A DNA stretch of 12,536 nt from Neoechinorhynchus agilis (Eukaryota > Animalia > Acanthocephala), in the NCBI GenBank assembly GCA_051530055.1, contig JBMGUZ010000075.1, positions 1 through 12,536 on the forward strand. The letters are read 5' to 3'. Both the position numbers and the translations under genes were made by a program. How positions within the stretch are numbered: position 1 is the stretch's first letter; each line of letters begins with the position of its first letter. The notes under the pieces were generated by a model. It worked only from the letters and a program-made list of their open reading frames with translations. It searched no databases and was not told the origin of the DNA. Below, piece after piece: positions 7,939 to 12,536 of this stretch.

Positions 7939-8571
7939 ATGTCTAAGAAAGCAAAAGTAGAGGAAGAAGTGAATTCTAGCGAATTGATTGACATTGAGTT
8001 CGACGCATATCCTCCTTCGGAACGATTTCGTAATGGAATTCAATTTCTTCTTAAGCAATTCGATTTCATAAAATCCCTTAAGAGCGAAAGTGAGGATGTG
8101 GTAGAAAAGCTTACGGATTTAATGATCGAACAGCATCCAATTGGTAGTGTGATAATCGAAGCGGACGACGACGATGCAGACCAAAATATCGACGAAGACA
8201 TTTCAGTATTTGCGCTTTTGACCGTTGTTCCTTTAGAAGATACTCGGCTCGACTCGGTATTTAATCTTTTTTGTGTGAATAAATCAGCACCCAGAAGCGA
8301 TTGTTGTCTTTTGATAAACCTTCGAGTTCCAGGTCTTCCTGTGGACTATATGCTGCTTTCTCTTAAAGACCTCCTTTCCGATCTCAATGATAGACCTTTC
8401 AAATATTGGATCCTTTTTGAAGATCAATGTGACTTTTCTGAAGACAATTTTGAAAACGTTTGCTATGATCGTTGGACTATTAAAGGATCGACATCGCGAG
8501 TGATGGTCTTTGAAGCGAGTACAGTTGAGAATCGTATAGTGAAGTCTTTGGAAAAGTCTATAAAGAAATGA
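7939..8571 (+). CDS. BCCIP: BCCIP/BCP1 family protein (BRCA2 and CDKN1A-interacting protein), intronless, 210 aa, divergent
   Basis: IDIEFDAYPPSERFRNGIQFLLKQF matches BCCIP VNIEFEAYSLSDNDYDGIKKLLQQLF. KLTDLMIEQHPIGSVI matches ELTDLLIQQNHIGSVI, followed by an acidic stretch and VFALLTVVPL. First ATG at 7939 (the ORF track start is a TTG). AATAAA at 8601-8606. Confidence 0.85.
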   Translation: MSKKAKVEEEVNSSELIDIEFDAYPPSERFRNGIQFLLKQFDFIKSLKSESEDVVEKLTDLMIEQHPIGSVIIEADDDDADQNIDEDISVFALLTVVPLEDTRLDSVFNLFCVNKSAPRSDCCLLINLRVPGLPVDYMLLSLKDLLSDLNDRPFKYWILFEDQCDFSEDNFENVCYDRWTIKGSTSRVMVFEASTVENRIVKSLEKSIKK

Positions 8572-8954
8572 TTAAAATGTAACAATCAATGAATCGATGA
8601 AATAAATTGAAATTTCTCTTTTTATGAGTTTAGATGTAAAAGACGCGCTTGTTATAAACTAATTCTAAGAAAAAATTATATTAACGCTGATTAATTGCCG
8701 TTAACCTATACCCTGATTCCTCCTGCAAATGTAGAAAAAAAGTGATTTATTGACGTTCTTAGGAGAATTTAAAACTTAAATTCAATGAATTAACAAACTT
8801 TTTAAGCATTATTTCTGCTTTAAGTCAAAAAAAATCAAAAGAATGCCGTTGTTTTTAGTGGTTTTAATTCAGATTTAATAAGTATTTTAGTATATTGTTT
8901 ATTTGATACAACATACAAGAAAACACAATCGGAATTCATGTATTGGTCACCATT

Positions 8955-9887
8955 GTAATAAATTAATCAATTGAAATCTGAGGTGTTATAACTACCAAAA
9001 GCAAGTATCTTTTCCATGCAGAAAACAATTTTTTAATTTGCCATTTACTTCAGCCTTGTCGAGTTCAGCCGTTTTATTGAATGATTGCTGTCTAAAAGTG
9101 AACTTCTGTGATTATTTCCATTTTATTTCAAATTAATCGACGAATGTTTCGTAAATTAATAGTTTTGTTTTCTTAGCTTCTGTTGTTGGAAAAAATTATA
9201 ACGAAATGGACATAATAGATAAAAAAAATGATTTACTTTGCAATCTGTGAAGATTTCGCGGAGGCTTTAAATCCTTGGTATGGAGATTTAGGCAGCGAGC
9301 ATGTATCCGTCAATGGTTGCAAACAATCCCTCTTGTTTCTCATTTTTAGTTGTGAGAATTCATAACTGTTTAATTTCAGAATCTCGTGAGCTGGTGAACC
9401 GAACTCGATTGTCGGCATCTCCCAATCGCCTTTTTTATGTGCCGTCCGACGAAACAGTAAAGATCGCAGTGCCCAACTGAAACTTAAGATGCGGTCTTGG
9501 AACAATCGGGACGATTTAGCCTCGTCCGTCGGTAATCAGCTGGAAGGCACGAGACGCCGGAGTGAGCGCAATTCTCTAGTCGTGTTCTTAATACTGGGAA
9601 TGCTCAACTTCGCCGACTCGATGGCCGTATACCGGATGATTTTCTCAAATGCTCTAAATCATTATATCGTTTCCTTTGGGTTCGAGACATTCCGATCGTT
9701 TGGTAATTCGGGGTAGGACTTAGACGAATCACTTATCATCCGAGGGCATTATCATTGGTGGAACGCTGAATTCGCCCTTTTGACCATCCACGAATTCAGT
9801 TTAGTGGTCCAGAGCGATAATGTGAATGTTTTTCGAATTCTACTTGTTGGAAAAGTTAGTCATGATAATTTTTACTATATAGAAAAT
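8955..9887 (+). repeat. Long direct repeat, copy 2 (partner 2539-3493)
   Basis: Base-by-base comparison as for copy 1. Identity ends abruptly after CTATATAGAAAAT at 9887/3493. Confidence 0.97.
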
Positions 9888-10065
9888 TCCGATCAAGTGA
9901 TGCCAAACGGCCACCGAGAATCAGAGTGAGTTTCCGTTGATCGGAAATGGTGATCTCAATACTTAAATAAGACGGATAAATGGAAGCCATCAGGGAGTTC
10001 AAGTTGAGGATCAAGACGTCTTTTTTTAATAAAGAACGTGTCTATAATTTCTAATACAATTTCAT

Positions 10066-10225
10066 TGAAAAACAAACTTGCCTTTGGGACTAAATTTTCT
10101 TAGTAGATCGGCAAATCATTCGCAAAAACAGAATCTATTGTTTCGTACTAAAATTAATTGCTTTAAATAAAATTAAAAAACAATTTTACGAAGAATTTCC
10201 TTCAGGAACATGACGATGATCTTCA
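10066..10225 (+). repeat. Diverged dispersed repeat, copy 2 (partner 7529-7689)
   Basis: Colinear similarity to 7529-7689. Confidence 0.9.
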
Positions 10226-11945
10226 GTTTAATCGCCATCTCTAATCGACATCAGGCATTTTCTTTTAATAAAAGTTGCATTCGTAAAGCGTTAAGAATTT
10301 GTATTAAGTACAAAAGAAGAAATTATTAAGACGTTATTTACCGAAGTTTTAATCGAGTTCATGTTTTTTTATTGTTCTTTAAGGTCTTTTTTTCTAAAGA
10401 AAGAAGTTTTTCTGTGTTTAGAGAGTAGATCTTTTATTATTTATACTGGTTTTGTACTTTCACGATCATCCTGCGACAAAATATCTCGCTCGCAGTACAA
10501 CGAGGCAATGCCGCTGGCGTGATAGCGACAGCCGAGGAAGGAGAGAAGCTAAGATTTTACGAACGGTGGTGATTGTACGTTCTGAAATAACATTTTTGTC
10601 CTAAGCTACGTGAATCCTTCGAATTTTTAATCTTAACTCGCAATGGCAAATTTAGATTCAATCATCGCTACGTAGTTTTTGTATCTTAATAAAAATGAAA
10701 TCTTCACATTTTTCTGCTGCTTCACAGGTCGTTTTTAATAAATAATGAAATAAACAGAAAATCGTTTTTCATACACTTTCAAACATTCCATTCCAGATCT
10801 TTTGCTGATATTATGATTTGAATATTTAAAAAGATGTGGACGGATTCAGGGGTGCAATAAAGCATCAAACGAAGGAATTTTAGACCTTTAGAACAATCTC
10901 CTTTTTTATGAATTAGTATCGACGTTTTTTTCCGCAACGTTAATGAAAATATATTTCTGAGCGATCTCAAGACCAATTTCACCGATCAAAGGAATTTAAA
11001 GAAATTTTGAATAAATAAGAAAACATTATTTTAAAGACGCAGTAGAGAAAGATCAAGTGTCTAAATAATTTTTTCAAAATATTTTACCTTTTGTCTTTGT
11101 GTCGATGGATTTTGATGGTAGTGAGATGCGTTCTGAAAATCGGGATTTAAGATTTTTATAAAAGGTAGGTCGCAAGCATCGCCAAAAAATGCATTTCAGT
11201 TTATATTTCGAGAAAAGTTTTAGGTTTTCAATATCGTAAAAATTTTGAATTAATAAGCTTTTCCAACGAGAAAAATAATCTTATTCAATTTATGGTCGAT
11301 AAACGGGTTTTATTAAGCTCCTGTCTTTTATTTTATCGTTTAGTGTTCTTTGAAATTGCAAATGCAATTAAAATTTTTTAACATATCCGCATTTTATGTT
11401 CATTCTAAAATCGGTGAGCTTTTGAAAAATTTGTTTTACAGCTTTTGAAAAAAATACGTTCGACGAATGTTTTTTAAAACCAAAAGTTGTGATTTCTAAT
11501 AGATACAAAAAACGTAGCCGAAGCGAACACTTTTAACTTTTCCCAAAACTACGAAATAGAAAATCCCCTCGAATTCTAGAGATCGGACGGAGGTATCGGA
11601 ATGAATAACAAAAGATTTCATTCTTTGTGCAACTCGATTACCCGATTTTCTACCAAGATAAATAAGTTTTTAAAATGCTAAAATCTTTAACAGAGCATTG
11701 GTTTTTTCAGAAGTTGCGAAATAAACATATCCCAAAATGCTAACAACTAAAAAAACTTTATGACCAATGAGAGCATTTCATTGAAGAAATTTACCTGACG
11801 TCTCCCAGTTCAGCTTTTGCTCAGTCTCTAAAGTGTAACGTTAAGAGCAAAAACGAGGGGAAACTTTGTCATTAATTTCGAACAAAAGCGAAACACGCAA
11901 ACGATTGAAAGTATCGCGAAAACCAATTTAGAAACTATTTTATTT

Positions 11946-12536
11946 TCAGTAACATTTAAAAAATGTGCTTCCAAAAACTATAGCACACAGGAGCATTATA
12001 GATATCGCCGTCCACATTATATATAAAATGCAACGATCGCCATCTGAATCATCTTCTTGTTCAACGCTCATTGTTCTCGAAGTCTTGTATTGCCTTATTT
12101 TCCCTGAATTTGGGTTTTCAACCTTTATATGAACGTTGGATGTCGCCGAATCTTCATTTTTGACTCTCGATGTTGAATTAACTTCTTTTTCCTTAGAAAC
12201 TATAAATTTCATAGTTTTGTTGTTATCACCATTGATGACTTCATCGACGATTTATGCCCATCCTTCCCGATAATCCTTCCACGTTTTTTTAATTTTATCA
12301 TTGCATGATATGGACAAATCATTTTCTTTATTGTTGTTGTTGATATTCACTTTCCCTTTTAACTCCGTTGACTGTTCTGTTTCGTTTTTGATGAAATCAT
12401 TTTCTTTTCCCTTGCATTCTGGCCTACAAAAGCATTTTACTAATGTTTTCCATAACCGACGTAATCCTTTTGAGCTTTTCGTCTTCATAATCTTCCCATC
12501 GTTCGCAATGTTCCAGGATGGCTCCGTATCAGCAAA
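11946..12536 (-). CDS. 3' part of a gene running off the right edge; hydrophilic protein with C-terminal TM segment, interrupted by one in-frame TAA at 12254-12252
   Basis: The frame is open from the window edge (FADTEPSWNIANDGKIMKT...) to TAA 12254-12252. The same frame continues IVDEVINGDNNKT-MKFIVS... to CILYIMWTAISIMLLCAIVFGSTFFKCY-stop at 11946. Confidence 0.55.

Noticed and set aside
3671-8571. Genome-wide stop-codon reassignment as the explanation for in-frame stops
   Set aside because: Four ORFs over 200 codons contain no internal stops in AT-rich DNA and end at ordinary TAA/TAG/TGA. The stops near 3900 are explained by a canonical intron.
2539-9887. LTR retrotransposon or composite transposon
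   Set aside because: No gag/pol, integrase or transposase inside, no TG..CA termini, no PBS/PPT recognised and no target-site duplication.
10779-10982. Minus ORF with LMLYCTPE resembling RecQ LLYVTPE
   Set aside because: An isolated 6-residue resemblance in a short non-ATG ORF with no other helicase motifs nearby.

Overview
AT-rich eukaryotic genomic DNA, probably from an animal with a compact genome (inferred from a sialin/SLC17-type exon, a BCCIP homolog and short GT-AG introns). I found no prokaryotic operon, CRISPR array, rRNA, tRNA or transposase. In order, the window holds: a 73/153-bp higher-order satellite (1-636), probably within an intron of a minus-strand SLC17-like transporter (exon 657-899); a 109-bp minisatellite (1067-1591); and an ~0.95-kb direct repeat present twice (2539-3493 and 8955-9887), whose 853-bp core differs at only 2 positions. 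The two copies bracket a spliced, very divergent eIF4G-like HEAT gene (3671-5711), a type I membrane glycoprotein gene (6362-6988) and a divergent BCCIP (7939-8571). There is also a diverged ~160-bp repeat pair, and the 3' part of a minus-strand gene with a single in-frame TAA before a C-terminal transmembrane segment (11946-12536). All protein family calls come from motif recognition by eye and need HMM confirmation. I cannot establish a new biological system from the sequence alone. The best leads are the long repeat with its cryptic coding register, the TAA-split tail-anchor gene and the minimal eIF4G-like protein.
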